A stretch of 64,000 bases of DNA from Mobula hypostoma. Its lineage: Eukaryota. Shown piece by piece: positions 1 to 12,090 of this stretch. How positions within the stretch are numbered: position 1 is the first letter of the stretch; each line of letters begins with the position of its first letter. Location of the stretch: contig NC_086099.1 of the NCBI RefSeq assembly GCF_963921235.1, positions 135,904,001 through 135,968,000 of the forward strand, read 5' to 3'. The notes under the pieces are model-generated. The model saw only the letters and a program-made list of their open reading frames with translations. It made no database searches and was not told the origin of the DNA. A program made the position numbers and the translations under genes.

Positions 1-500
1 GCAGAGCAGATTTTATAGGCCAAATGACCTCGTTCTGCTCCCATGGCCAAAGGTCTAAATACATCCATTGACAGTCTGCACAGTCTTCCGTGGCAAGGAA
101 TTCCACAGATTCACCACTCTCTGGCTGACAAAATTCCTCCTCATCTCAATTTTAAAGCAATATCCTTTTACTCTGATGCTTCCTCTCAAATCCCAGAGAC
201 TGCTATTAATGGACATATTCTTAATTTCCACTCTATCCATGCCTTTCAGTTTCTGTAGGTTTCAACAAAATCTCTCTTCATTCTTCTTCTATTTTCAATG
301 CGACCCCTCCTCATTCTTCTAAACTCCACCAAGTCCAGGCCCAAACACTCCACAGACGTTAAGACTTTCATTCCTACGATCATTCCCTCCAGGGCTAGTA
401 TATTTCTCCTTAGATACAAGGCCCAAAATTGCTCCTAATATTCCAAATACGGTCTGACCAATGCCTTGTAAAGTCTAAGCAGTACATCCCTGCTTTTATA
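1..500 (-). mobile_element. CR1-type LINE 3' fragments
   Basis: Minus-strand translation EMRRNFVSQRVVNLWNSLP is typical of the CR1 ORF2 C-terminus; CR1-like 3' UTR near position 1-60. Confidence 0.7.
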
Positions 501-1706
501 AACTTGGTCTGCGAATTGTAGCGCAAATGAAACTAATAATTTTAATTTACTGGAATAATCACAAATCCATCAATAATGGATCAAAGCAAATATTAGATTG
601 GTACTGTTATAAAATAACTTATCCAATATTATTTATTTCAGGACAACATGTTGCCACCCAGTGGATATTCTTAAGAATTGCAATTTTCATTTCTACATTG
701 ATAGTTCCCAAATCGGAAAGTGAAACGCGACCATTTATTCTGGCCGTGTGACAGCAATATCAGATGAGGGAGTAGAGTTTAGCCAGGATATCAGGGCATT
801 TCTTTCTTCTTTCTCATGTTTAGATTCATCACAATAGGTAGATGGGGATCAATTTATTTTCAAAGGGCAGTTGTTTTTTTTGCAGATGATTCTGTACAAT
901 TTTACAATGAACATAATGATCCACTTCTGACTACATAGCACATTAGGGAACTCTCATCCGCTGCCACTGTATATCATGAATAATAACTTCCCAAAATGTG
1001 GCTGCAAAATATGAGCTTTTATACCTGTAACAGTTCCTCAGCACAAATATTAAATATTTGAGGACTGTAATATCTTTCTAAATACCATATTTTCATTTGT
1101 CCACTTCAACATCTAAAGTGGGAAATCCTTCAATGCCAAAAAGAAAAGGCATATATAGCATGCTCGTAATCTTAACTACTAGTTTAAATATTCACTCCTC
1201 CATCTGCACACCAAGGCTGCTCAGTGTACCATCTATAACATGTACCGTTATTGCTTTCCTAGGCTACTCTAATGGTACCTGCAATCTCAACCATCAAGAA
1301 GGATCAAGCTTGTTGAAATACCGCCATTTGTAGGTTCGTCTTCAAATCACACACCATCCTTACTTGTAAATATTGTGACACTCTTGGGGGGGGGGTGCTG
1401 GGTCAACAGCCCGCTCCTACATTTCTAATGACCAGTACCGTTTATTGTTCTTGTGTTAAAATGCTTTTGTGGGATTATGGTGGGAAATTCCAGTTCATTA
1501 ATGGTTACATTTTAGCTTGGGTTACACAGTTATTTGCGTCTGTATTTATGGGTCACCCTAACCAGGGTGTGTGATGGTCACCTTCCCTGTCTGTGTGATT
1601 TTAAAAATGCAAACAACAGGAATTCTGCAGATGCTGGAAATTCAAGCAACACACATCAAAGTTGCCAGTGAACGCAGCAGGCCAGGCAGCATCTATAGGA
1701 AAAGGT

Positions 1707-1746
1707 GCAGTCGACGTTTCAGGCCGAGACCCTTCGTCAGGACTAA
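1707..1746 (-). ncRNA. Minimal type I hammerhead ribozyme motif in PLE 3' region
   Basis: Minus strand UAGUC-CUGACGA-AGG(GUCUCGG)CCU-GAAA-CGUC-GACUG: core CUGANGA/GAAA, stem II AGG/CCU, palindromic ACGU stem III, stem I UAGUC/GACUG, GUC cleavage triplet. Confidence 0.7.
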
Positions 1747-2425
1747 CTGAAGGAAGAGTGAATAAGGGATTTGAAAGTTGGAGGGGGAGGGGGAGATCCA
1801 AAATGATAGAAGAAGACAGGAGGGGGAGGGATGGAGCCAAGAGCTGGACAGGTGATGGCAAAAGGGATACGAGAGGATCATGGGACAGGAGGTCCGGGAA
1901 GAAAGACAGGCCGGGGGGGGGGGAACCCAGAGGATGGGCACGGGGAATATTCAGAGGGACAGAGGGAGAAAAAGGAGAGTAGAGAGGAAGAGAGTGGCCA
2001 CACATTTTAATTCCACATCCCATTCCCATTCTGACATGTCTATCCACGGCCTCCTCTACTGTAAAGATGAAGCCACACTCAGGTTGGAGGAACAACACCT
2101 TATATTCCGTCTGGGTAGCCTCCAACCTGATGGCATGAACATCGACTTCTCTAACTTCCGCTAAGGCCCCACCTCCCCCTCGTACCCCATCTGTTACTTA
2201 TTTTTATACATACATTCTTTCACTCTCCTTTTTCTCCCTCTGTCCCTCTGAATATACCCCTTGTCTTTCTTCCCGGACCTCCTGTCCCATGATCCTCTCG
2301 TATCCCTTTTCCCTATCACCTGTCCAGCTCTTGGCTCCATCCCTCCCCCTCCTGTCTTCTCCTATCACTTTGGATCTCCCCCTCCCCCTCCAACTTTCAA
2401 ATCCCTTACTCACTCTTCCTTCAGT

Positions 2426-2463
2426 TAGTCCTGATGAAGGGTCTTGGCCTGAAACATCGACTG
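2426..2463 (+). ncRNA. Minimal hammerhead ribozyme motif in PLE (second copy)
   Basis: TAGTC-CTGATGA-AGG(GTCTTGG)CCT-GAAA-CATC-GACTG. Confidence 0.6.
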
Positions 2464-2656
2464 CACCTCTTCCTAGAGATGCTGCCTGGCCTGCTGCGTT
2501 CACCAGCAACTTTTATGTGTGTTGCCTGTCTGTGTGATTCCGGTTGGGTTCACTCTCTGGGTCATGTGCCCGGTCTGTTTTGTCTATCACAATAAAACGG
2601 TTGTTGAGTTCAATGTGTTTCCTCACCTGTCATTATGGATCAAATGCTCACCACAC

Positions 2657-2674
2657 TGGTGTCAGGAGAGGGAT
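2657..2674 (+). promoter_or_regulatory. Primer-binding site complementary to tRNA-Leu 3' end
   Basis: TGGTGTCAGGAGAGGGAT just after the LTR end ...CCACA; one mismatch to the tRNA-Leu(CAG) complement TGGTGTCAGGAGTGGGAT. Confidence 0.75.
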
Positions 2675-4949
2675 GCGAGATCGATGATGAGATTGAAGAG
2701 CTATGATGTCGGATAGAGTGCCTTAAGACCCGGGGAATAAGATGAGGGAACAAGCAGAATGCCTCCCCTGCAACCACAGGCAGGGCTCATGAAGACAAGA
2801 TCCAAAGGGAGGGCCTGGGAACAGAGCATTGTGCCTTCCCAGGGAGCCCCAAAGGAGTGAGCGTACCCAGGCTCGCCAACCCAGGGGGTAGAACAGTGCA
2901 CATCTCTTGCCTCCGTAGCGACCTGCACCGGGGAGCACAAGACGCCGTAGCCATGGGAGGATGGGCACCTGGCAAATGCCGCCAGAGCAAGAGGAAGATC
3001 AAAGAGCCTCAACGATTTGTGCCTCAAGGTCTACCCTGAAGCTCCCCAGATACAACGGTACCAGCCGCCTGGAGCCTTATCTGGTGCCATATAACACAAC
3101 GGGTGGAGCCCCACCAAGACAACAGTGCACCTTGCACTGGCACTGCCGGAAGATACCCTGTAGGCCCTCCTCAACCTAATGCTGGCAGAGCTGTGGCGCT
3201 GGAGTGGCATTTCGAGCAGAGCCCATTGGTGGAAGCCATGAGGGGAGAACTGTGCAGCAGATGGTGCCATATGAGAGTAAGTCTGCCGGCACAGGCAGCT
3301 GATCTTCACCACTGTGCTCGACATGGCTACCACCAGTTCCCTCCCATGGCCCAGAAAGAGCTTGCCCTCCACGCCTTTGTAAAGGTGCTGACGCATGTTC
3401 ACCTGATATCACCATTTTTGCTGGACGAGGTGCTGGCTGAGGCAGAGAGGGCAGAAGCAATTTTAGCTCCCCAAGATGTTCCAGCATCGCCCCGCACACC
3501 GCAAGCTCAGGCTTGTGTCACTGAGGTGGAAGAAGAAACTGAGGAGAAGGAGCCCGTGAGACAGGTCTGACCAGTGCCACGCTGACCCCGCTGGCGGCCA
3601 CGAAACGATCTCTGCTACCGGTGCAGTGAGGCAGGACATTTGGCCTGGGACTGCCCTGCACTGGCACCACGCCACAGCTCAGAGCAACCATCGGGAAACG
3701 CTGATCGGGCAGCGCCACCCAAATCCTCCAGCAGAACCCCTCCATTGTCGCCCCTCTGGGTGGGCCGTTTGGGTGAAGAGCAAGGCTTATACATGGACTT
3801 CATGGCGGAGGGCATCAGATGCCATGCGTTGGTGCATAAAGGGTCAACCATCACTATCATCTGCCTCGGTGTACTCCCCAATGCGGACCAGCTATCCTTG
3901 CCTAGATGGACAGTGACAGCAGTCCAGTTGGCTACGGTCACTGGTGACTGTGCAGCGATGCGAGGAAAGAGGAGGCTGCGCATCGCAGTGGGGAAAACGC
4001 AGTGGAGCACAAGGTGTGGCTCGCCAACATCCAAGAGCCCTACATCATTGGCCTGGACCTGCAGTCCGTGTGGATGTGTCAGGTGCAACACTCTACCTCC
4101 GAGCTGAAGCCGTGGCTCTCCGGCCGGGCAGTTCCAGGGAGCAGTCCCGGAGGGGGCAGCAACCATCACCGGTTTCACAGTAGCCCCCGGCAGCGGCCCA
4201 ATGCAACACAGCTGAACCATGGGCAAGTAACAGTGATGGCGCTTCAGGTGACAGCCAGCGACGCCCCCCCCCCCCCCGCCACTACGGACCACGAGCAGCT
4301 GCACAGTGAACAAGTGAGTGATTCTGTGCTGGCCCATGTAAGGTGTTGGCTGAGTGTGGACGACGGCTGGACCCAAAGACCAAAGCCCTACACTCACAGT
4401 GGAGAACACTGGAGGCCCACGACGGGTTGCTGTTCTGGCGGTGGCAGTTGTCCGATGGTGACAGACTCTGTCAGCTGGTGGTCCCCCGGGGGCTCCACGC
4501 CACAGTTCTGCGATTGGTGCACGGTCGGGTGGAGGCCGGCCATTTCGGAGTTGCAAAGACTTTGGGCAGGCTGCGTGAACGCTCCTACTGGCCTGGGTAC
4601 AGGCAGGATATGGAGCTATTCGTGCACGGCTGCAACACTTGCAAGTCCCAGAAGGGGCCGGGCTGCCAGTCTAGGGTACCAATGCAGCACCACATGGTGG
4701 GGGCCCCAGTATAGGTCTACTGCCCTTCCTGGAAGAAGGGACTATCCCTCAGGGTTGGAAGCCACTGGAATGGTGCTCAACCGCATCGCCAATGTGGTAT
4801 ATTGGGTGCGGTTGCCTGAGCGGTGGAAGGCAGTTGTGCTGCACCGGGACCGGCTGGAACCCACTTGTTCTGGTGGACAGAGCATAGATGTTTGGCAAAA
4901 CAGTCTCCCAATCTACATTGGGGTTTCATCGATACACAAGAAGCCATAG

Positions 4950-5670
4950 CGGGAGCACCAAACACAGTATATAACCCCCAACAGACTCACAGGTGAAGTG
5001 TCGCCTCACCTGGAAAGACTGTTTGGGGCCATGAATGGTGGTGATGGAGGAGGTATAGGGGAAGGTATAGCAGTTGTTCCGCTTGCAAGGGTAAGTGCCA
5101 GGAGGGAGATCAGTGGGAGGGATGAATGGACAAGGGAGTTGTGTAGGGAGCAATCCCTGCGGAAAGCAGGAAGTGTGGGGGGGGGGCGGGAGGGAAAGAT
5201 GTGTTTGGTGGTGGGATCCAGTTGGAGCTGGTGGAGATTTTGGAGAATTATGTGCTGGACGCGGAGGCTGGTGGGGTGGTAGGTGAGGACAAGAGGAACC
5301 CTATCCCTGGTAGCGTGGCAGGAGGATGGGGTAAGAGCAGACATGTGTGAAATGGAAGAGGGCTGGTTGAGGGCAGTGTTGACGGTGGAGGAAGGGAAGC
5401 CCCTTTCTTTGAAAAAGCAGGACATCTGCTTCGTTCTAGAATGAAAAGCCTCATCCTGAGAGCAGATGCAGTGGAGACAGAGGAATTGAGAAAGGGAGTA
5501 GCGTTTTTACAAGTAGCAGGGAGGAATGAGGTATAGTCCAGGTAGCTGTGGGAGCTGATTGGATTATAATAGACATAGGTGGATAAGCTGTCTCCGGAGA
5601 CAGAGGCAGTGAGATCGAGAAAGGAAAGGGAAGTGTCAGAAATGGACCAGTTGAATTTGAGGGCAGGGTG
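4950..5670 (-). mobile_element. Penelope-like element fragment (RT C-terminal/linker region)
   Basis: FFKERGFPSSTVNTAL...RDRVPLVLTYHPTSLRVQHII and KQSFQVRRHFTCES, the same family as other PLE copies in the window. Confidence 0.85.
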
Positions 5671-6659
5671 GAAGAAATTCTAAACCTAGATGAAATTTTA
5701 AACAAAAATCACATTTCTTTCCCTCAGTCTCCTCTGTATTTCTGACTTCTGCCTAACTCACATAGTAATAAATAGTTCACTAACTCAAAGACCAAAAGTA
5801 ATACTGTTTATTTTGGCAGTTTCCAAAAGTGCTGCAGTAAACACACTTTTGCAATGGTAAAAATAATAAGGTTTTTGATTTTTTTTGGGTGTAATCATTA
5901 AACTTAGCTGTCTAAAACTCTGGAACCACTGAAGCTTTAATTTTCAATTACATGAATGGGAATTATCTACTTTTTCTGAACAAGTGTTCCTTGTTAATTT
6001 ACTAAGGATGAAAGACCATGGAAGAAAAGGAAGGAGGTGGGGAACCAAAAGAGGTTCAGGGCACCATTCATAGCCCCAAACAGTCCTTCCAAGTGAGACA
6101 ACACTTCGCACGAGAGCTTGTTAGGGTCAACTATTATGGTGGTTCACCTGGTGCGACCTCTTCTACATTGGTAAGACCAAATACAGACTGGGGGACTGGT
6201 TCGTTGAGCATATTCACTCTGTCTGCCACAAAAGGTAGGATCTCCTGGTGGCTACCCATTTTAATTCAATTTCTGACATCATGAGGCCACATTCAGATTA
6301 GAAGAGCTTCATATTTCTTCTAACTTTCAATAATTACTAACCCCTCATCCCTTGTCTCTTTTTCCATTCCCTATTTTGGTTACCCTCTCACTCCTTCTCT
6401 TATCATCTGCCCATCATCTCCCTCTGGATCCCTTCCTCCTTCCTTTTCTTCCATGGCCCATTGTCCTTTCCTATTAGAATCCTTCTTTTCAGCCCTGTTC
6501 CTCTTCTACCTATCACACCTCAGCTCCTTACTTCATCTCATCTCTCCCACCCACTCAACCTTCCCCCTCACCCGGTCTCCCCCATCACCTGCCAGTTTAT
6601 ACTTCCTCCCCTCCTCCCACCTTCTTATCCTGGCTTCTCCCCACTTTCTTCCCAGTCCT

Positions 6660-6886
6660 TTTTTTTAAGTGTGTTGTATTGTCTTGTCTGGCACGTGGTG
6701 TCAGGATTAACTGGGTCACATTATGAACGTTCCAGACTCGACCCTTGTATTTTTTACGAGGCCAAGTGGCTAGCTCGACACTCAACCCAGTAAGGGCGTG
6801 CTCAGGGGTGGCCTGACCCGGATTTGATCTCGGGAACCTTCGCTCCGGAGTCCAGCGCTGATCTCACTGCGCCACCAACCGGCCAC
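6660..6886 (-). mobile_element. tRNA-derived SINE
   Basis: Minus strand A box TGGCGCAGTGAG, B box-like GAGATCAAATCC, A-rich tail at ~6660; approximate TSD TT(C/T)CCAGTCC on both sides. Confidence 0.75.
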
Positions 6887-6932
6887 TTTCCAGTCCTGAT
6901 GAAGGGACTTAGCCCAAAACGTTGACTCTTTA

Positions 6933-7452
6933 AGCCTGATTTATACTTCTGCATCAACATGTCGCTGTAAGCACTGTGTCGCCGCAAACCCTACGCAAAG
7001 CCAATGCAGAACCTTACGCGAAAGCCTGCGTTGCTGCAATGCGCACCTCTCCCAAAATGTAACCGCGTGTCACAGCATCGCAGAACGCAGCAGCTGTGAT
7101 TGGTCCGCTTGGTAGCATCACATTTCCTCCTACGCTGCAGTAGCTTCCCATTGGGCAACTGAAGGGCAGGGAAGGAACTCTGGCTGCAATGCTTTCCATA
7201 AAGCTTTACAGACCTCGAAATTATGGAGGACATATTTCGCTTTTACGAAAACAAACGCTCGCTTCTTGTTTACCCCAAGAAAGACTACCATGACCATGAA
7301 GCCTTGCGTGGGCAGCTGTGTGCGCATGCGTGACGTGCGCGAATTGCAGAGCAACGCAGACACACCAACGCACAAGTATAAATGCTCACAATGCACGTAG
7401 ATCACTTGCATAGGTTACGGTGTCGAGTTAACGCAGAAGTATAGATCAGGCT
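6933..7452. mobile_element. PIF/Harbinger-type MITE
   Basis: TIRs AGCCTGATTTATACTTCTGC (6933-6952) and GCAGAAGTATAGATCAGGCT (7433-7452), 1 mismatch; TTA TSD at 6930-6932 and 7453-7455. Confidence 0.8.
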
Positions 7453-8132
7453 TTATTCTTGACCTCCAGCATTTTGTGTGTCTTACATTGAAACATCAGC
7501 TATTTATTCCCCCTCATAGATGGTGCCTAACTTGCTGAGTTCTTTCAGCATTTTGTGAGTGTTCCTTATGGAATGGAATGTAGCATTGATCTTAACAACA
7601 TGATTACTGGATAGTAATTAACATTAGCCAGTGAAGGAACATGGCTTCCTGCTAATTCCAGCACCTGAGCAATCGAATGTGCAAGTGCATGAATCCAAGA
7701 AAACTTCCCTTATAGATAAATGGTAGTAACATTCTAAAAGAAATACTGAAATAATAATCTGAAAATGGAATTTCTTCAATCCACAATGTATCATCAGCTG
7801 GTATGGAGCAGTGCGATCCTCTATAAGGCTGTGTCTCAATTTATAAGTACATCACAAACTTTGGAAGAATGGAATTTACTGTCAGTGTAGAAAGTAGCGA
7901 TCTTACTGGCTATGAATTACTCATGTACTGGCGAGCAACAATCAGCGTCCAGCTCCTCTACACTCAGGCTTAGCCTCTTCTATGGTTCATGAACAATGTG
8001 GCAAGACATGCAAAAGTTATTATGAAATCATCATCTTTAATAATTCACACAGATTGGTAAAACTATTTACTGTCAATTATAACTTGCATTCTTAACTGTT
8101 AAAAATGTTTTAAATCATTTAACAACTCCCAC

Positions 8133-8279
8133 CTGGATATGTATAATTATTTTTCTTTGGTGTTGTCTGTTTAAGTAATTGAGTATGTATCCTCTGCCCA
8201 AATGCCAAAGATCGTTGGATTCGCATTCGGTCTTGGTTGCAGAAACTGAATGCCGCATCCCGTTCCTTCTGGAGTATGT
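8133..8279 (-). CDS. LRRC72: LRRC72 coding exon (YILQKERDAAFSFCNQDRMRIQRSLAFGQRIH...YP)
   Basis: AG/GT boundaries, 147 nt, phase 1/1 continuous with the upstream exon; resembles human VTEKERRSM...QSIAFGGKV. Confidence 0.85.
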
Positions 8280-8354
8280 CTGTACAAGCAAAGCCTCTGT
8301 AACTTTGACAACAAGAATTCAGAAATTTCAGTTAAGAAAGTTTGAATAACTCAC

Positions 8355-8444
8355 ATTTTCTATCAAGCAGCTGCACTGAAGGTAGATGGTAGATGACATA
8401 TAAACGATAATCTCGATCTTGTGTCAAAGGATTATTGAATAGAT
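8355..8444 (-). CDS. LRRC72: LRRC72 coding exon (NLFNNPLTQDRDYRLYVIYHLPSVQLLDRK, LRRcap)
   Basis: ttacag/GTGAGT boundaries, 90 nt; LRRcap motif matching human [25 protein letters not shown]. Confidence 0.93.
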
Positions 8445-8551
8445 CTGTAAGACAGAGAAATTTATATCTTAAAAATGAAACTAGGAAAAATGAATTAACT
8501 ATTTCTAGGTTCAAGGTAAATACTCGACAAGTTCCATCATCAGGACTGGAA

Positions 8552-8675
8552 AGTGGCCGGTTGGTGGCGCAGTGAGATCAGCAACGAACTCCAGAGCGAA
8601 GGTTCCGGAGTTCGAATCCAGGTCAGGCCACCCCTGAGCACACTTTCCATCCTTGCCAGGTTGAGTGTCGAGCTA
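8552..8675 (+). mobile_element. tRNA-derived SINE (5' part, same family as 6660-6886)
   Basis: A box TGGCGCAGTGAG, B box GTTCGAATCC, shared body GGTCAGGCCACCCCTGAGCAC. Confidence 0.75.
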
Positions 8676-10143
8676 AGTTATTTTAGTTATATATGTAGCT
8701 CCATCTAAGCATACCGCTCTGATGCACTGAAGTTCATTAACGATTTCATACCAATATAAAAATAACATAAAACATTCGAAATAATCTAATTTGAGAGTAC
8801 AAAGGAGCCAGAATTGGAAGGAAGCAAACAACTTGGATGGTTCTAGAGCTGAAGGATATTATACAGCAAGACATCGGGGAGGGGGAGAAATTTAAAAACA
8901 AAGATAACTTTTAAGTTATTACAACATTGGCTCCATGCATGTTCCCTTGGATCCCCACAACTTGCAACTTATTCTCGATCATATCCTATCCTTTTTGACT
9001 CTTCTGCTATTTACCATAAAAGGGCATGAGAGAAAGCCAGAGAATCCAGGGAAACCTATGCAGTCACATGGGGAATAGGCAAACTCCACAGAGGCAGCAC
9101 CCAAAGCCAAGAATGAAACTGGGTTGTGGAGCTGCGACGTGGTTTGAACTGTTCTTTAAAATGAGAGATGATGGTGGACTCAAAGTCAATATATGTTACA
9201 AGGAAATGAACAAGTGGTAAAGTTTTGAATAATCTCAACAATAAAGATTGGGAGGCCTAACAGTATTTGTATCTGAATAAGTTCAACGTTTAAGAGAAGT
9301 GCATGTACGGAGGGCTGTGGTCCAGGTGCAGGTAGATGGGACTAGGCAGTTTAAACGATTCAGCACAGTCTAAGTGGGCCGAAGGGCCTGTTTCTGTGCT
9401 GTAGTTTTCTATGACTTTAAGTAAAGCAACAAATTAAAAACTAAATAAACATGACAGTAATTACATTTACACTATGCAACTGTCCACGTTTCAATAGTCT
9501 GAGTACTTTTAACACTGGTCATGGACAGAAATTGAATATTTAACAATATATACTTAACTTTAAGTCATAGAAAACATTTATTGCAGAAAGCCATTGAAAA
9601 ACCCGCTGGTATCATACCTCTGGTTTTAAAGTGAAATTTCATTAATCCAGCATGCTTGGGATTGTGGGAGCAACAATGTATACTTTCAAGACTATTGGAT
9701 GCTATTATACACACTTACAATTCACTTTAATTTTAAATGGCACACAGCATATTCATATTTTTTTTTCAGTGAAACAGGTAGGTTTCAATGGAATGCAAGA
9801 ACAAAGCCTGGTGAGTTTCAAGGTGGCATGGTGGACAGAGCCAGGTCAGTTACAGAAGAGAGAGGCAACATGGTTTAAGGTCTGTGCAAGATTGGGGCCC
9901 AAGTGTGTTAAGGGTGTTTCAAAGATCAGTACCTGGTGAGCCAGATGCTGAATCATCAGGATTACTGAATAGCTGAAAAATGGATTATCAGAGTTTTATT
10001 GTAATAAATAAAAAATAAATGGAAATACATATTTTTCTATTTATAATACATTATGCTCTATGAAGGCTACAACGATTGTGTTATACTGCATCAGATCCAA
10101 CAGATAAAGTACATACTATCCTGAGACAGATGATTTTGCTTAC

Positions 10144-10257
10144 TTAATGTGTGCAACCACATCAATTTCTTTAATTCTGCTACAACCTTCTCCAACTTAG
10201 TAAGCCAATTGTTGTGTAGCATCAATATCTCCAAGTTTGTCAAGTGTTTCAGAGTAT
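10144..10257 (-). CDS. LRRC72: LRRC72 coding exon (DTLKHLTNLEILMLHNNWLTKLEKVVAELKKLMWLHTL)
   Basis: LRR pattern LxxLxLxxN; cgtag/GTAAG boundaries, 114 nt, phase 1/1. Confidence 0.92.
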
Positions 10258-11239
10258 CTACGATAGAAAATAAATGCCACAATCTATTCATGTAAACAAG
10301 TCCATTAACAACCTTGAGCACATAAGCTATCTGGCGAACCACCAACGCCTATTTATAATGATTTTGAACAAGTCACCTGTTAGGGAATACTCTGGAGTTA
10401 TAAAACTATGAATACATAATAATGGTTTAATTAAAATGAGAACCAGTCTTCTGGAAATAAAACCTGATCACAATTTAACTTCTAACTGGTACTTCGTGGC
10501 TAGTGTAACCACAAGGTGTGGGTCATTCTGATTCTGTCCCATTGAAACTATGCAGGGGAAGACAACAGATAAACGTTCATTTTAATCAGTGATCACTGAA
10601 AACTTGAGAACGAGATCAGGGAAGGCATTAACTGACTATCTCTGGTAGTAACGCTTTGCTAAAGGTGTATCCCTTCACAGTTCAGGACAGGTCTGTTTTG
10701 TCACTTAATTTTCTGGCTAGTTGTATATCCCTCAACACCATAACAAAAGGGGATTATTCTGGATGTTCTGAAGTTTGTGTTCAGAGGCTTTGGGAAGAGA
10801 CACCAGTATTGAAAATTCAGTAGAGATTTCAAGAGAGAAACTTCTTTCTCTCAGAGATTTATAAATCTTTGGAAATAATTTGTCAGAGGACAGTAGAACC
10901 AGGGTCTTTGAATATTTTTAAGGCAGAAGTAGATAGATTATTGAGAAGCAAGGGTGCGGGGTTCCTGTGGGAAGGTGAAAATGTAGAGTTAAGATTCCAA
11001 TCAGATTGGTTATGATATTATTAAATAGAGTAACCTTGAGGGGCATAATCATAGTTTTAGTGTTATACAGCATGGAACCAGGCTTGTCAGCCAACTTGTC
11101 TATGTCAGCTAGGTTACTTGCCTGAGATATTACCTTGTGCCTATGTTTGGCTCATCTTGCTCTAAATCTTTAAATGTTCTTTAAACATTGTAATTCTAAC
11201 CACCTCTACAGCTTCCTCTTGCAGCTTATTCCAATATAC

Positions 11240-11949
11240 CAATGATGGTGAACCTGTTTGAGAGTGTATGCCCAAATTGGTGATAATCTTCTAAAAAAAT
11301 TCTCTCATGTTCTATGTTAAGTTTGAGCAGAGATGATAATTGATTAATGAATTATTAACAACAATTATGACATTTTTAAAGGACAAAGTGTGAGTTCTAT
11401 TGCTTATTTATATGGAATCATTGTTTTACTAGTAATAAAGATTTAACAGACAGATTAAAATAAATGAAGTATTTTAGAAACCTTTTTTAAAAATTGTTAA
11501 TATAAATCTTTAAAAAAGATAATTGAAAAGTAAATATTCATGGAGGTGCTAAACTATAGACAGTGTTTACTGAATATTCAGTGTTCACTCACAAATGACA
11601 GAAGAAACAAATATAAGCAGAGCGAAGCCAAAGCCAATTGCCCCAACCAATACTATCCTCATAGACCTGGTGTATTGATGTATACACCAGGTCTATGAGG
11701 ATTTCAAAACATATCATCCAATGTCATGTATTCTCACAACTGTCTAGTGGATGCCAAGCTGGAGTGAAGCGTATTCTATGAAAACATCTCACTGCACTTG
11801 GATTGGAAAATATCACTCACTACTTCATTTGGTAATAATGATAATGATATATAGCTTTCCAATATGAGTGGAGTTTAAAAATTCAAGGGGCAGCACTGCA
11901 TGCTACGTGCCAACTAAATTTTATCACATGCCATAGGTTTGTTACCCTG
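11240..11949. mobile_element. Non-autonomous hAT (Charlie/OC1-like) DNA transposon
   Basis: Degenerate TIRs CAATGATGGTGAACCT and AGGTTTGTTACCCTG; 8-bp TSD CAATATAC / CAATTTAC (7/8). Confidence 0.7.
11655..11702. repeat. Perfect 21-bp inverted repeat with 6-nt loop
   Basis: ATCCTCATAGACCTGGTGTAT-TGATGT-ATACACCAGGTCTATGAGGAT. Confidence 0.95.
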
Positions 11950-12090
11950 CAATTTACCTACCGCCTTCTCTGTGAAAAAGTTGTCTATTAGGTTCTTAAT
12001 AAATATTTCCCCTTTCACTTTAAACCTATGTCCTCTAATTTTGGATTCTGTTACCCTAAGAAAAATACTATGGGCATTCATCTTACTTAT

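Larger units (their letters stand above)
1601..2524. mobile_element. Penelope-like element insertion with inverted arrangement (minus arm ~1601-1993, plus arm ~1994-2524)
   Basis: GIY-YIG C-terminal peptide VATHFNSTSHSHSDMSIHGLLYCKDEATLRLEEQHLIFRLGSLQPDGMNIDFSNFR; 15-bp TSD CCTGTCTGTGTGATT at 1586-1600 and 2525-2539. Confidence 0.9.
1374..4870 (+). mobile_element. Internally deleted Gypsy LTR retrotransposon (5' LTR 1374-2655, split by a PLE; gag, protease, integrase remnants)
   Basis: TG...CA LTR ends, AATAAA at 2591, PBS at 2657; gag LKLPRYNGT and CCHC knuckle CYRCSEAGHLAWDC (~3613-3655); protease-like CHALVHKGSTITII; integrase HHCC region HGRVEAGHFG...VHGCNTC (4343-4714); integrase C-terminus VVLHRDRLEP. 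Confidence 0.85.
6055..7570 (+). mobile_element. Degenerate PLE 3' portion(s) hosting a SINE and a MITE
   Basis: PKQSFQVRQHF motif, pyrimidine-rich 3' region, CAGTCCTGATGAAGGG hammerhead-type motif at 6891-6927. Confidence 0.7.
11080..12090 (-). mobile_element. CR1 3' fragment, split by a hAT element and continued after the CR1 at 12091-14568
   Basis: ESKIRGHRFKVKGEIF...NFFTEKAVG; sequence on both sides of 11240-11949 joins into a CR1 3' region. Confidence 0.65.

Noticed and set aside
1025-1130. Possible downstream LRRC72 small exon(s) on the minus strand (AG...DVEVDK* or VLKYLIFVLRNCYR|GT)
   Set aside because: One reading hits an in-frame stop, the other has a weak acceptor and no similarity to the LRRC72 C-terminus; the terminal exon(s) probably lie left of the window
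3615-4949. 313-aa and 315-aa ORFs as novel host genes
   Set aside because: They are antisense or frameshifted readings of GC-rich Gypsy pol remnants
8552-8625. tRNA gene
   Set aside because: A and B boxes are present, but there is no clean cloverleaf or terminator and the sequence continues into a body shared with the copy at 6660-6886, so it is a SINE
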